Below are positions 28,794 to 39,348 of a DNA stretch of 64,000 nt, piece by piece. Under the pieces are notes generated by a model. The model was not told the DNA's origin. It saw nothing but the letters and a program-made list of their open reading frames with translations, and did not search any database. The translations under genes were made by a program, and so were the position numbers. Within the stretch, counting starts at the first letter, position 1; the number at the start of each line of letters is the position of its first letter. The stretch is from a virus, in the IMG/VR virus record IMGVR_UViG_3300025764_000004, positions 10,010 through 74,009 of that record; one strand, given 5' to 3'.

Positions 28794-29185
28794 TTTGTTT
28801 CTTTTTTAATAAATACCATTGTCTCTTCGCCTAGCTTGTAAGCATTTTCAAAATACAATCGAACAGTATCAGTTTTCCAGATACATCGAACTTCATGTTC
28901 ATTGATAATTTTCAATATATATGGCCTGTCGAATGTTTGATCTGTAACAGGTAAGATGTAATCGGCTACAGAATTAAAATCCTTATCCGGAAGAAACCAC
29001 GTACTGTAAATATTTGGAGCTGACCGTATATATTTATCATTGTACACCACAGAATATGAAACTCCATTGGAATAAACTGCACCGACAAGTTTATACCCAA
29101 CCAGAACGCTATCTCTATCAGCTGTTTGATAAGTTGTCTTACAACCAAAAACCAAAATACATAATATAAACACTAATATTTTCAT
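28790..29185 (-). CDS. putative lipoprotein
   Basis: lipobox-like VFG-C. Confidence 0.6.
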   Translation of the reverse strand: MKILVFILCILVFGCKTTYQTADRDSVLVGYKLVGAVYSNGVSYSVVYNDKYIRSAPNIYSTWFLPDKDFNSVADYILPVTDQTFDRPYILKIINEHEVRCIWKTDTVRLYFENAYKLGEETMVFIKKETK

Positions 29186-29192
29186 AATCTAT

Positions 29193-29603
29193 TTATTTTC
29201 CTAAAATATGAAATAACATAATCGAAATGAGTATTGCTATCAAACTTGAACCAATTGTTATCAATACTGTTTGACCATTCTTTGTTTTTTCAATAGAACT
29301 TATTCGTTTTTCGTGATCTTCAAGTCTAATAGATACGTTGTCTCGCAAATCCTTAATATCATCTTTTAAACCTTCCATTCGAGTTTTAAGTTCAATAAGA
29401 AGATCGTGATCGTCGGCATTTTTAATACTTAAAACCTTAACGGATACCGCAGCCGCTTCTGCAACTACTTTTGATGCCTGAGCAGCCGCTTCTGCAATAA
29501 GTTTGACAGCATCTGCCGCGGACTCTTTTATATCTTCTTTATGCTTCCCAAAACGGGCTAGTTCTTCTTCCCGTATCGCTTGTTGAGCTGTTTTTACTGC
29601 CAT
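29193..29603 (-). CDS. coiled-coil protein with C-terminal TM (lysis accessory)
   Basis: DHEKRISSIE then TM helix. Confidence 0.6.
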   Translation of the reverse strand: MAVKTAQQAIREEELARFGKHKEDIKESAADAVKLIAEAAAQASKVVAEAAAVSVKVLSIKNADDHDLLIELKTRMEGLKDDIKDLRDNVSIRLEDHEKRISSIEKTKNGQTVLITIGSSLIAILISIMLFHILGK

Positions 29604-29642
29604 AATTTTAAAGAGTTAAGTTCCTGTTCTTATGCAGGATAG

Positions 29643-30398
29643 TTAATTTTCATAAACTTTTACAGACTTGATAATGAACTCTGTATTTTTACTATTCTCT
29701 GGATGTGCTGCATTATTCAATAATAAATAATTTGGATATGTTGTAACAAATTCTGGATCTTTAGAAATAAAGTTTGCTGTTTTGATGTCATCTACATAAA
29801 AGTTGTACCCGTTTGGAAGTAACTCGACGGCAAATTCATGCCAGTCATTATCACATTTGAAAATGTTCTTACCTATGCCAAACTTCCGGTATATTAATTC
29901 TGCATAACCGTAATGAACTGTATGTCGGACTACATTTTTATTTCCCAGCAACATTACTTCCATAATATCAATCTCAGGAGTAATTTGCCCGCGAGTGTAA
30001 CCCGGTTCATTCCGATCCTTTTTCAATAACCATATAGCAGGCCACGAATCACATATTTTTGCCGTGATTACCCAGATACCCATCGGATATAAAAATTTAT
30101 CATAACTGTTAATCATACCCGTAGTCCAGTTGGTTGTACGTTTGCCTTGATAGGTTTCTCTTGTAGCAATATCTTTATAGCACACAATTTTGACACCTTC
30201 AGATGTAAGAGAGACAGCATCTTTGGAAAAATACACATCATTGTCATTATAAAATTCACCATCCTTAACATTGAAATTGTCAAGAGTTTTAAAATCATCT
30301 GAAAACACCAACTTGCGTGTACTGAAATCGACTCTTTTACAGTACTTTTTAAACAGCCAAAACCTGACTGAATAAAAAAGGTTTTGAATAATTTCCAT
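29643..30398 (-). CDS. glycoside hydrolase family 16
   Basis: WPAIWLL, catalytic EIDIME, WH.FAVE, FYVD. Confidence 0.85.
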   Translation of the reverse strand: MEIIQNLFYSVRFWLFKKYCKRVDFSTRKLVFSDDFKTLDNFNVKDGEFYNDNDVYFSKDAVSLTSEGVKIVCYKDIATRETYQGKRTTNWTTGMINSYDKFLYPMGIWVITAKICDSWPAIWLLKKDRNEPGYTRGQITPEIDIMEVMLLGNKNVVRHTVHYGYAELIYRKFGIGKNIFKCDNDWHEFAVELLPNGYNFYVDDIKTANFISKDPEFVTTYPNYLLLNNAAHPENSKNTEFIIKSVKVYEN

Positions 30399-30402
30399 CT
30401 TG

Positions 30403-31122
30403 TTAAGGAATTAATGATGTAGTTAAAAATGACGGTATCTGTGATGCACCGTTGATTGAATGTGATGCCATGTTTATTAATGTTAGATTGTAAGGGGAAT
30501 GAATGTCAATATTATAAATTGATCCATCTGGTTGTGCTATAAATATTTGATCGTTGTATTGATATATTCCGTATGGCGAAGGACATTGTGCTGTAATATC
30601 AATATCAAGTTCCAAAGCACCGTCTGGATAACTGAATTGACTTATCCAACTTTGTGTGTAATCATCTTTCGTAAATGTTACAATAACTTTGTTGTTTGTA
30701 GTTAATATTATATCCCCGGCAATATGTCTTCCTGCCATTCCAGAACTAAAAGTTGCGGATATGGTTGCCAAAATTGTGGTTATGTCGTATTCAAGATAAG
30801 CCCCGCTAATAATTTTAGTGTCATTTTTTGCACCTAACCCAGCCGTAGGATAAACACCAGTTATTGATCTATTAAAAACAGCAGTAAATGGGTTGAATGT
30901 AATATTCCACTCACCTATACCTCCAGATGTATATAACCATAATTTATTGGCTGTGTGAGCAATATCAGAACTCAACCCAGTTATGCCTGGAATTGATAAA
31001 AGTGTGGATATGTTAGTATCGTGATCATACAAATACACTTTGGCCGGATTTGAAGCATCGACAAGCAAAATACTTGATGCAGAAAGCATTGTCTGTTTTT
31101 TTGGTATAAATAGTATTTTCAT
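30403..31122 (-). CDS. beta-rich (propeller-like) tail-region protein
   Basis: beta-strand repeats; position. Confidence 0.5.
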   Translation of the reverse strand: MKILFIPKKQTMLSASSILLVDASNPAKVYLYDHDTNISTLLSIPGITGLSSDIAHTANKLWLYTSGGIGEWNITFNPFTAVFNRSITGVYPTAGLGAKNDTKIISGAYLEYDITTILATISATFSSGMAGRHIAGDIILTTNNKVIVTFTKDDYTQSWISQFSYPDGALELDIDITAQCPSPYGIYQYNDQIFIAQPDGSIYNIDIHSPYNLTLINMASHSINGASQIPSFLTTSLIP

Positions 31123-32090
31123 GTCCGTTGTATTCTTAATTTACCTCTAATCAATGTTGGTGCACCTGAAGAACCCGTAGTCACACAAAGCCAAACACGG
31201 TCGTCGGCAACTACCGTATTGGCTCCCGTGGCTGTATTTGTTGTATTGGTTGTGTCAACTGTTACTGATGAAACAGAAGTCAAGGCAGTTGAACCAATCT
31301 TGATAGCTACTCCCGTTAATGTGCCCGTATCAGTTTCTAATATTGCTGAAATAATAGTATAAGGGAATGTTGCTTTTGGGTCAAGCAGATAGTCTTTTGC
31401 CGTTCCTGCAACCACGTCCTGATAATCAAAAGTTATGTCTTCTGTCCAGTCGCCAATAGCTAGGCCAGCACTACCACCGCGCCACAACCCTGCAAAATCA
31501 GAAGCAATAGGTGTATCTATCTTTGTAGGGGATTTCAAAATAGCCATAAAAGCTAAATCCTCGTCATTAGTCGTTGTGAAATCTGTTCCTGTGTCGTCTG
31601 AGGCATAGGCGATGTAAATGTAAGGGGCTTGTTTTACTTCAATGTATTGTATGAAATTAGGCTCTCTATTTACTGCATTTCCACTATACTGCATGGTTCC
31701 TGTCAACAATATACAACCAAGTGTGGCAGGCGATATGGTAATTTCATCCCATTGTGATAAAAAGTCACCTAATACATATTCATCTACCCCAACAAACAAA
31801 ACAGCATCTACATCAAATTCAGACAACTGTTCATATATGGTTAAATTATCAGGACATTTATATGCAAATGGAATAAGATCAATAAAATTTAAAAAAATAG
31901 CAAAAGGCACATGATAAGTAATAAGAGCATCACTTGCAGGAATGTTATTTATTATTGTAGTATTTTTTATTACATTTGTAGCATTGTCAACATTAGAGAT
32001 AGTACTCCCTCTTTGATAGTTATATGAAGATACAATATTCCCTTTTGGATCCTTCTTACCTTTATATTGCCTAGTTACTGTTACATTCAT
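31119..32090 (-). CDS. tail fibre/baseplate protein
   Basis: YIYIAYASD..GTDF motif typical of tail fibres. Confidence 0.6.
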   Translation of the reverse strand: MNVTVTRQYKGKKDPKGNIVSSYNYQRGSTISNVDNATNVIKNTTIINNIPASDALITYHVPFAIFLNFIDLIPFAYKCPDNLTIYEQLSEFDVDAVLFVGVDEYVLGDFLSQWDEITISPATLGCILLTGTMQYSGNAVNREPNFIQYIEVKQAPYIYIAYASDDTGTDFTTTNDEDLAFMAILKSPTKIDTPIASDFAGLWRGGSAGLAIGDWTEDITFDYQDVVAGTAKDYLLDPKATFPYTIISAILETDTGTLTGVAIKIGSTALTSVSSVTVDTTNTTNTATGANTVVADDRVWLCVTTGSSGAPTLIRGKLRIQRT

Positions 32091-32094
32091 TTTA

Positions 32095-32436
32095 TTAACT
32101 TTCTACTAAGGTGATATCTGTTACATTATCATATTCACTCAATTTAACTGTATATAAATCATTACAAACGTCCCAACTATACCCAACTGAATAAAAAGGT
32201 TTATCTGACTGTTTGTCATTTGTAAACATGGCAAACGGTTTTAATGGTATTATACGTTTCACATCTGCCACAAGCTGTTGCCTTGTTTGATTATATAATT
32301 GGAACTTCTGTTTCATCAAATGATCTACAATAGGGATGTAATCTCCTACTCCATCTTCTTCCTCTTTAGTGACTTCCCCGCCTGTAATAGCTGAGTTAAG
32401 TCTTATGCTTGTCGCCGTTGTTGTTGTTACTATCAT
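32095..32436 (-). CDS. tail protein, probable C-terminal part of the upstream tail-tip protein
   Basis: position; beta-rich C-terminus YSWD...YTVKL.E. Confidence 0.5.
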   Translation of the reverse strand: MIVTTTTATSIRLNSAITGGEVTKEEEDGVGDYIPIVDHLMKQKFQLYNQTRQQLVADVKRIIPLKPFAMFTNDKQSDKPFYSVGYSWDVCNDLYTVKLSEYDNVTDITLVES

Positions 32437-32448
32437 AGTTCCTAAAGT

Positions 32449-34908
32449 TTAAAAGTATCTACAAGCCCGAACACTCATATAGTTATTTATTCCCCAACGA
32501 TCCACAAATTTACGATCTGTTGTCATGTCTGTTCTCCAATCAACAACCACCTCATGTTGAAAATTTACAGCCCAAGCCGTACCTACAACATATTCGGAAG
32601 AGGACCAGTACCAAAATTCACCTAAATCACGGAAATACAACACATATTTGTTATCATGAAAACTAGCTAATTCATCCCTACTAGGTAAAAACCAATCGTG
32701 GTATTCTGTGTTTTCATTTGTAGGATCATTTAAAGCCATGATTGCACTTATGGCAAATTGGTTTTGATAGGTATTTGCAATCATAAGGGCTGTATTAGCT
32801 GCACCATCCCCAATGCCTTCCCCTCTACCTGTTGTACCTATTGGTGAACCTCCTGTTTTCCTGCCCCAAACAACTCCGGCCATTTCATCTCTATCTCGTA
32901 CTATAATACCATGTATTTCACCAGAAACATACCCATCATCCCCTGATTCAAATATATACCCGATAAGACCTCCTTGCCAGTATGTTCCTACTGTTAAATC
33001 AATTGTAGTTAAGGTTTTTACATCTCCATACACGGTTGTTCCTAAAGCATCCGTTGCATAAGCCCGATAATAATAAGAAGTTCCTTTTGTTAAATTTATC
33101 ATTTGACTTGTAAACACACCATAGCCTGTGCCGTCTTCTGTGTATGAATCTGACAAAGTTGGTGTAGAAGAACTAGGACTCCAACAAATCCCCTTTGCAA
33201 CTATTTCAGTTGCTCCTCCTGTTGTTCCCCAGCGTTCTGTTCTTTTTTGCATAACAGAACCCCGTAAAATGGCATTTTTATAATCTAATGTTTCTACATC
33301 ATATAAGTCTAAACTAATATCAAGTTTATCCAAATATTTTGTATTTGTTACACCAGTTATTACATTTGGTTGATCTGTTCCTGTTACAGTAACTACTATA
33401 TCTCCAAACCAAGCATCATTAAAATGATCACCAACACCAATAGCATATCCTGTTTCATGGCCTATAAACAACACAAAAGACTGGTCGCCAAATAAACCTT
33501 CTTTTACATCAGCTGTTCTCATATCTATCAAAACACCTATTGGTATGTCTATACTAACTTCGACTGATTTTGTAGCTTTGTCAAATGAAGATCCGCTTAT
33601 TTTAGTTGACTGATATCTTACACCGCTTATTGAACAATCATTAAGACTTGTAACATCTGTTCCTTGTTGTATGAAATCTTCATTTGGTAATACTTGTAAA
33701 TACCATGTAAAATAAACATCAATGTCTTTTAAACCTGTGTACCCCGCACCACCATAACAGCATTTGAATTTAATATTTATCTGATCTTCTGCCGATATTA
33801 TTGTTGTTTTAAATGAAAAATATAAACCACATTCAATAGGAACTTCTGCTCCGGTTTCTCTATTCCTGTGTATTGAATTTACAATATCACTTTTAGGCTT
33901 TCCTGCACTTATCCATGTTATAAAACTTGTTTGCAGAAACAGTATGTCCCTAAAATTAGGTACAGGAAATGTTGTGCCAGTATAATGTGACATTTCTAAT
34001 GCACCATTAATTAAATTTAAAAACCTTTGATCATTTAACGTTATCTTAACAGTATTCATCCCCGGTTCAGCCCTCAACGTTTGTGTGCGTTCAGTAAATG
34101 CCGAATCATTAAGGTCTTCTACTGTGAATGTTTTATTTATAACTGTGCCTGCATCACTGGGGGTATATGTTGTGGCTGAATTGTACTCCACATAATCAAT
34201 AGATTCGTTCCAAAGATCTTCATACCGTTCAATATACCAATAGCCTTGCCACCAATATATGTAACAGTTAAAAGTTTTCAGTATGCTGGTAAGTATTTCT
34301 AAACTTGTATTACGTTCAACATTGTCTGTCCAAAAGACTTCCGTAAAAAAGCCGTTCATGTTAAACAATGTCTGGTCAGCATCAGGTGTATCCCCTTCAG
34401 CATGGATTACACAATTAACACGTATGTTGAACGTACTACCTGTTGAAAGTAGTATTTCATTTATAACGTTTATGAATGTACGGTTTTGTAACGTGTCTAT
34501 GCTTACAGGATGAATATTGTCAAGTTTCATCAAAAAATTACTTGCAACAAAATTAATGATTTGTCGGTGCAAATATTTCTGTGAAACAGGTTCACAATTC
34601 AAATACCCCTCAAAAGCTGTATAAGCAATAGGTGAGGAAAGTACAACCCTGATTTTATATTCGCGTTCCTCTGCCATCATTAAAGGCAGTAGTTCAAAGT
34701 AATCGGTTTTTTCATTAACCAATGAAAATTCACATTGCAAAGGTATAATAGGGTTTTCCCAACTGTCAAATTTATAGGAGATCTTCAAACTATCCTTTAT
34801 CATCTTCAGTTTAGAAGCTGATCCTGAATAATCTAATTTGTCAATGTATAGTGTACCTTTAACACCTAATGATTGAAACCCTAAATAATATATATTACCG
34901 TATGCCAT
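32449..34908 (-). CDS. tail-tip protein with FN3 and C-terminal DUF1566/C-type-lectin-like domain
   Basis: follows tape measure; YYYRAYAT...G..YG; DWFLPS.DEL..YWSSSE..AW.V.F..VRA.R.F. Confidence 0.75.
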   Translation of the reverse strand: MAYGNIYYLGFQSLGVKGTLYIDKLDYSGSASKLKMIKDSLKISYKFDSWENPIIPLQCEFSLVNEKTDYFELLPLMMAEEREYKIRVVLSSPIAYTAFEGYLNCEPVSQKYLHRQIINFVASNFLMKLDNIHPVSIDTLQNRTFINVINEILLSTGSTFNIRVNCVIHAEGDTPDADQTLFNMNGFFTEVFWTDNVERNTSLEILTSILKTFNCYIYWWQGYWYIERYEDLWNESIDYVEYNSATTYTPSDAGTVINKTFTVEDLNDSAFTERTQTLRAEPGMNTVKITLNDQRFLNLINGALEMSHYTGTTFPVPNFRDILFLQTSFITWISAGKPKSDIVNSIHRNRETGAEVPIECGLYFSFKTTIISAEDQINIKFKCCYGGAGYTGLKDIDVYFTWYLQVLPNEDFIQQGTDVTSLNDCSISGVRYQSTKISGSSFDKATKSVEVSIDIPIGVLIDMRTADVKEGLFGDQSFVLFIGHETGYAIGVGDHFNDAWFGDIVVTVTGTDQPNVITGVTNTKYLDKLDISLDLYDVETLDYKNAILRGSVMQKRTERWGTTGGATEIVAKGICWSPSSSTPTLSDSYTEDGTGYGVFTSQMINLTKGTSYYYRAYATDALGTTVYGDVKTLTTIDLTVGTYWQGGLIGYIFESGDDGYVSGEIHGIIVRDRDEMAGVVWGRKTGGSPIGTTGRGEGIGDGAANTALMIANTYQNQFAISAIMALNDPTNENTEYHDWFLPSRDELASFHDNKYVLYFRDLGEFWYWSSSEYVVGTAWAVNFQHEVVVDWRTDMTTDRKFVDRWGINNYMSVRACRYF

Positions 34909-34911
34909 AAT

Positions 34912-37900
34912 TTAATATGATTGTTGTAATTTGCCCATGCTTTGTAATATACCTACTAACTCACGTCCTTCTATGCGGAATTTCACTGTTGTCGTGCCGG
35001 ATGTATTACTAAGCATACTAAAGGACTTCCCAGCCGGGATCACCGTTTCTCCAGAGGATAATAAAGCTGGATAAGTATCATTTGGGTAACCACCTGGAAC
35101 AACTCCTCCTTTTGCCAATAACAAAGGTAAGACAGTTGTAACTATTGGAATAATTGAAGCAAGCCAATCACCACTACCTCCGCTGCTGGATGATTTTTTA
35201 CCATTTCCACTAACAGCATTTGTGATATCTCCAATATCTTTGATTATTGCTAAAACTTGTGTTATTCCTGTAATGATTTCACTAATTATAGAAAATACTC
35301 TTTGAAAAGAATCCCCCATATATTTTCCAATTGTATTACCTAATCTGCCTATGTCATTAAGTAAATTCCTCCATGCTCGCAATTCTCTTGTATTAACTTT
35401 TGTTATTTCTTCTATCTGAGACAAACTGGCTATTAATTTTGTATGAGCATCAATCCATTTAGGGGAATTTTCTTCTGTTTGATTCATTACCTGTAAATAC
35501 CCATCTGCCGCAGTTTTCAATGCACTTGTTTTTTCCTCAGTTCCTTTAAAAGAATCTCCTACATACTTCTGTTTTAAGGCTATAAATGTAAGAGTATTTG
35601 TAAGTTCTTTTCCTATTGCATCAATATCATCAAAACCCTTTTTATAAATGCCATTTAAACCTATTTGTTTATTTAAATCACCTGAATTAATTAATTTATT
35701 CAACTCCTCTTGATCTTTTTTAATTTCATCAGCTGTTTTGAATGTTTGAAAAGCAGTTCTTCCTTCCGTAATCATATTATTATTAAACCAAGAAGATGTT
35801 ACATTTTGAGCTTTTCCTGGAAGTGGTTTAATTGGGGTGGTATCAAATTGAGCTTTAGTCATATTTATTAATTCTTCTTGTGTCTTTTTAATCTTCTCTA
35901 AAGCAACCCATTCTTTCATTAATTGATCAAGACGTTTCCCAGAAGCAGTCTGAGCAAGTTCCATCAACTCCTTCATACGATCTTTCTCTTTTTCAGGTAA
36001 ATAAGATTCAGGAGTAGTTATTTCTGTATTATTTTTAAGAACATGACCAAGAGCTTCCTCACCTTTTATTCTTAATTTTGTAGTGTCAATAAGATTTTCT
36101 AAAAAAGACTTTTGTTTACTATATTGTATTTCTGCATTATTGGCATTAGTCATTTGATAATAGCCTACAGATTTAAGATCATCAAAATATGCCCCAAATG
36201 GAGACACACCTAATGCTCGCATAATACCTTGACTATTAACAGACTGTCCAAAAGTCATTTTTTTGTCCGCTCCTGACATAACATCAGAAAGACGTTTCTT
36301 TTCTACATCAACAAGTAAATCACTGGCAGCTTGTAATGTAGCTTTTTCTTTTAATTTTGATATATACTCATTTATTGCTGTTGTTGCTCTTCCTGTCTTA
36401 ATAGCTTCCTCATCTATACCTCCAAGGTATGCAGGTAAAATCCCATTGATTTCTGCAATAGCACTTGCCTTCATTTCTTTTGAGGCATACTCACTTTTAG
36501 CAAGTCTCAATAACGACTCTAAACGAACACTTTCTTGAACTACAGATTGTTGTGCAATTGTGTTTAAGTCATTTAATGTTCTTTGGGCTACCGATAACTG
36601 ATTTGCTGCCTGAGCTGCCTGAATAAAATAAGTAGCTAATAAAGCAACACCTACGGCTGCAGCCATCCAAGGATTAGCCATAATTGCCAATGTAACGGTC
36701 CTTATAGCTCCTCCTACCCAAACTAAGGCTACATATAATCCTGAAAATATCTTTATATAAGCTGCCACAGCAAGTCCAACAGGACCTAAAATAGCTAAAA
36801 ATCCTCCTAATTCTATAATCATTGTTTGTACGGAAGGAGACAGCCTACTAAACCATGAAGCAAGTGAATTTAATGTTTCACTAAGTGATTTTAATATTGG
36901 TATTAAAGACCTCTGTATAGCCGCTCCTAAAGCAAGTAAATTATTTTGAAATGATATTTTTACCAATTTTAATTGCTGTTCCGTTGTCAATGACATTACT
37001 GCAAAGGCGTCATTCATTGCACCTATACTGTTTGTAACCCTATTTTGAATACCAATATTGTTTTCTAAATTTTTCCCCATTAAGGACAATACACCAGTCA
37101 ATGCTCTAACATTTGGGAATACCTTTGCTACAATATCTTCTCCAAATCGTTTTGTCATTGTATCAACCTTCATTAAAGCACCTAATAATCCATCCTCTCG
37201 GAGGGTTTTACGAAGTCCTTCAATAGTATAACTAGTATCCCCCATTTTTACAGCCATAGCAGCCAATGCTTCTCGTGCCTCATGTGTAGGCTTCAACATA
37301 CTAGCTAATATCTGCCTTAAACTTGTTGCAGCCATAGAAGCATTGAATCCTGTACGTGTCATGGCTGCCAATGCTCCTCCTATTTGCTCGAATGGAACAC
37401 CCATTGCTGATGCAACTGGCAAAACCATACCAAATGCTGAAGCAAGTGTTTCAGCAGCGACCTTACCTTCTCGTACAGAAGCAACTAAAATATCTGTCGC
37501 TCTAGCGGCTGTTATATTTGCCTTACCATAATTGTTTAAAGCATAACCTACCAAGCGTGCAATAACATCAGTCTCTCCTAAACCAGAAGCAGCAGCTTTG
37601 GCTGAATATTCAACAACATCTAAAGCTTCTTTGCCTCTGATACCTGACGAAGCTACATAGTATAAAGCATCCGCAAGTTCTTTAGAAGATCTGGCTGTCA
37701 CATTACTAATTCTAGCAATACCTACTTTCCAAGCATCCACTTGACTTTGAGAAACTCCGGCCAATGCTACAATCTTTTGAGAAGCATATTCAAAATCAGC
37801 AGCCATTTTCACAGCACCTCCTCCTATGAGTAATAAAGGCATGGTTAGATAACGACTGGCAGCACTACCAAATCTTTGAAATTGATTAGACGTTCTTTCT

Positions 37901-38025
37901 AATGAAGCAGAAATAGATTGCATACTTGTTTCGGCCTTTGTCTGAAAGCTTTTTAATCCATCTTCCCCTTGCTTCAATCCAGAAGCATCGACACCTAACG
38001 TTACCCAAAGTTCCCCTATATTCAT
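34912..38025 (-). CDS. tail tape measure protein
   Basis: 1037 aa, Ala-rich, TP901-like core, hydrophobic middle. Confidence 0.92.
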   Translation of the reverse strand: MNIGELWVTLGVDASGLKQGEDGLKSFQTKAETSMQSISASLERTSNQFQRFGSAASRYLTMPLLLIGGGAVKMAADFEYASQKIVALAGVSQSQVDAWKVGIARISNVTARSSKELADALYYVASSGIRGKEALDVVEYSAKAAASGLGETDVIARLVGYALNNYGKANITAARATDILVASVREGKVAAETLASAFGMVLPVASAMGVPFEQIGGALAAMTRTGFNASMAATSLRQILASMLKPTHEAREALAAMAVKMGDTSYTIEGLRKTLREDGLLGALMKVDTMTKRFGEDIVAKVFPNVRALTGVLSLMGKNLENNIGIQNRVTNSIGAMNDAFAVMSLTTEQQLKLVKISFQNNLLALGAAIQRSLIPILKSLSETLNSLASWFSRLSPSVQTMIIELGGFLAILGPVGLAVAAYIKIFSGLYVALVWVGGAIRTVTLAIMANPWMAAAVGVALLATYFIQAAQAANQLSVAQRTLNDLNTIAQQSVVQESVRLESLLRLAKSEYASKEMKASAIAEINGILPAYLGGIDEEAIKTGRATTAINEYISKLKEKATLQAASDLLVDVEKKRLSDVMSGADKKMTFGQSVNSQGIMRALGVSPFGAYFDDLKSVGYYQMTNANNAEIQYSKQKSFLENLIDTTKLRIKGEEALGHVLKNNTEITTPESYLPEKEKDRMKELMELAQTASGKRLDQLMKEWVALEKIKKTQEELINMTKAQFDTTPIKPLPGKAQNVTSSWFNNNMITEGRTAFQTFKTADEIKKDQEELNKLINSGDLNKQIGLNGIYKKGFDDIDAIGKELTNTLTFIALKQKYVGDSFKGTEEKTSALKTAADGYLQVMNQTEENSPKWIDAHTKLIASLSQIEEITKVNTRELRAWRNLLNDIGRLGNTIGKYMGDSFQRVFSIISEIITGITQVLAIIKDIGDITNAVSGNGKKSSSSGGSGDWLASIIPIVTTVLPLLLAKGGVVPGGYPNDTYPALLSSGETVIPAGKSFSMLSNTSGTTTVKFRIEGRELVGILQSMGKLQQSY

Positions 38026-38456
38026 TTCTTTTGTAGTTTTAATGGAGGACTGATTCTTGCTTTGTTACCACTCAATTGTTTGTTATGTATTTCTGCAAAT
38101 GTTGATAATAATTGTTCCATCTCATCTGCTGATTGCTTTTCTATTACTTTATTCTTCCTTGCTTCTCGATCCCAAACAGGCATAAAGTCTGCTGGTGTTG
38201 ATAAATCCGATTCTTGTATTTCTGGCTTTTGGGGATCATGATAAATAGATTTCACAAAATTACTAATCAAACTTGCTAAATGTGCTTCTCTAAAATCATC
38301 CCTCCAAGTGCCTATCGGGTCTAATCTATCGTACGCTTCCCATTCACTTAATTGAGTAGAGGTTAACTGATCCAGCAATTGATCTGGATGTGCAAACCCT
38401 AATTCTCTACAGAGTCTGAATTGGAACTGCCGTCCTGGACGGCTTCGGAGTTTTTT
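38022..38456 (-). CDS. tail assembly chaperone, -1 frameshift extension
   Basis: A AAA AAC at 38456-38450; -1 frame reads LRSRPGRQFQFRLCRELG..ending at 38022. Confidence 0.8.
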   Translation of the reverse strand, partial: KKLRSRPGRQFQFRLCRELGFAHPDQLLDQLTSTQLSEWEAYDRLDPIGTWRDDFREAHLASLISNFVKSIYHDPQKPEIQESDLSTPADFMPVWDREARKNKVIEKQSADEMEQLLSTFAEIHNKQLSGNKARISPPLKLQKK

Positions 38457-38827
38457 ACTAAAGCCTCCTTATCCTCTTCAGTGATATTATTCAACTTTTG
38501 TGCAACATTGACAATCTTCTCCAACCGCTTTGCAGACATGTGTTGAGAAAGAATTGGGTAGTCCTCTGGTTTGAGTAAAGCTACTCCTTTGTCATCGCAT
38601 ACAGTAACAACTGCTAACTTTGCACGAAAGTCTTCAACAGAACGATCATACCCTGTTATTGCACCTAATTCATTTTTAGTTTCTTTAAGAAGAGATTGTT
38701 CAAATAAATCCCTTTCTCGTCCTGTCATTTGACGGACAAATACATACTCATCTTTACCAAGATCAACTCTTTTGACCTCTAGATTTTCTTTTTTCAATAA
38801 TGAGTTTCGATTTAATAAAATAGACAT
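38399..38827 (-). CDS. tail assembly chaperone
   Basis: V.VR.MTG.ERD.FE, ends ..KNS..; between tube and TMP. Confidence 0.85.
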   Translation of the reverse strand: MSILLNRNSLLKKENLEVKRVDLGKDEYVFVRQMTGRERDLFEQSLLKETKNELGAITGYDRSVEDFRAKLAVVTVCDDKGVALLKPEDYPILSQHMSAKRLEKIVNVAQKLNNITEEDKEALVKNSEAVQDGSSNSDSVEN

Positions 38828-38862
38828 GATGAATGATTTTAAATGATTAGTATTACTTTGTA

Positions 38863-38881
38863 AAAAATGACATGATTAGTC
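38863..38881 (-). terminator. GACTAATCATGTC hairpin plus T tract after tail tube gene
   Basis: identical 13-mer also follows the capsid gene. Confidence 0.5.
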
Positions 38882-38890
38882 CTTTTTAAA

Positions 38891-39337
38891 TTAAAAATTA
38901 GACGATGGTGAACCACTATCTTCGCCGGTATGTTTTAAGACCTCACCTGTAACCTGAATGGTCACATCGAGTGTCACGGCATTTTTTGCATCAATCGTAA
39001 GAGGAAGCTCAGTTACAAATCCTTCAAATTCGAATGAGGTATGCATAGCATTCCCCAATACAACTTGATAGTATTGATTTTCATAAGCTTCAAAATCAGC
39101 TTTGAGTGCATCGTATCCATCACTGGTAAAGTTCATAGTCAGAGAAATTGTCCCTGCCTCCTTAAACCCGGCGATGAATTCTTTGTACCCTCCAGTGCTA
39201 TCCATAGAGGTGACTTCAATAATCTCCTTTTTGAACCCTGGTCCTTTGATGGAAGTTATTTCTGCAATGGCAACCCAATCTGAGTCATCCCATTTATAGA
39301 ACTTCGTTCCTACACCACTAAATGCCTTACTTGCCAT
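38891..39337 (-). CDS. major tail tube protein
   Basis: I.GP......IEVT..DS..GYKEFI.G.K..G. Confidence 0.88.
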   Translation of the reverse strand: MASKAFSGVGTKFYKWDDSDWVAIAEITSIKGPGFKKEIIEVTSMDSTGGYKEFIAGFKEAGTISLTMNFTSDGYDALKADFEAYENQYYQVVLGNAMHTSFEFEGFVTELPLTIDAKNAVTLDVTIQVTGEVLKHTGEDSGSPSSNF

Positions 39338-39348
39338 AAAAATTTCTC

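Noticed and set aside
32449-32700. Active diversity-generating retroelement
   Set aside because: Target-like domain only; no RT or template repeat seen in the window.
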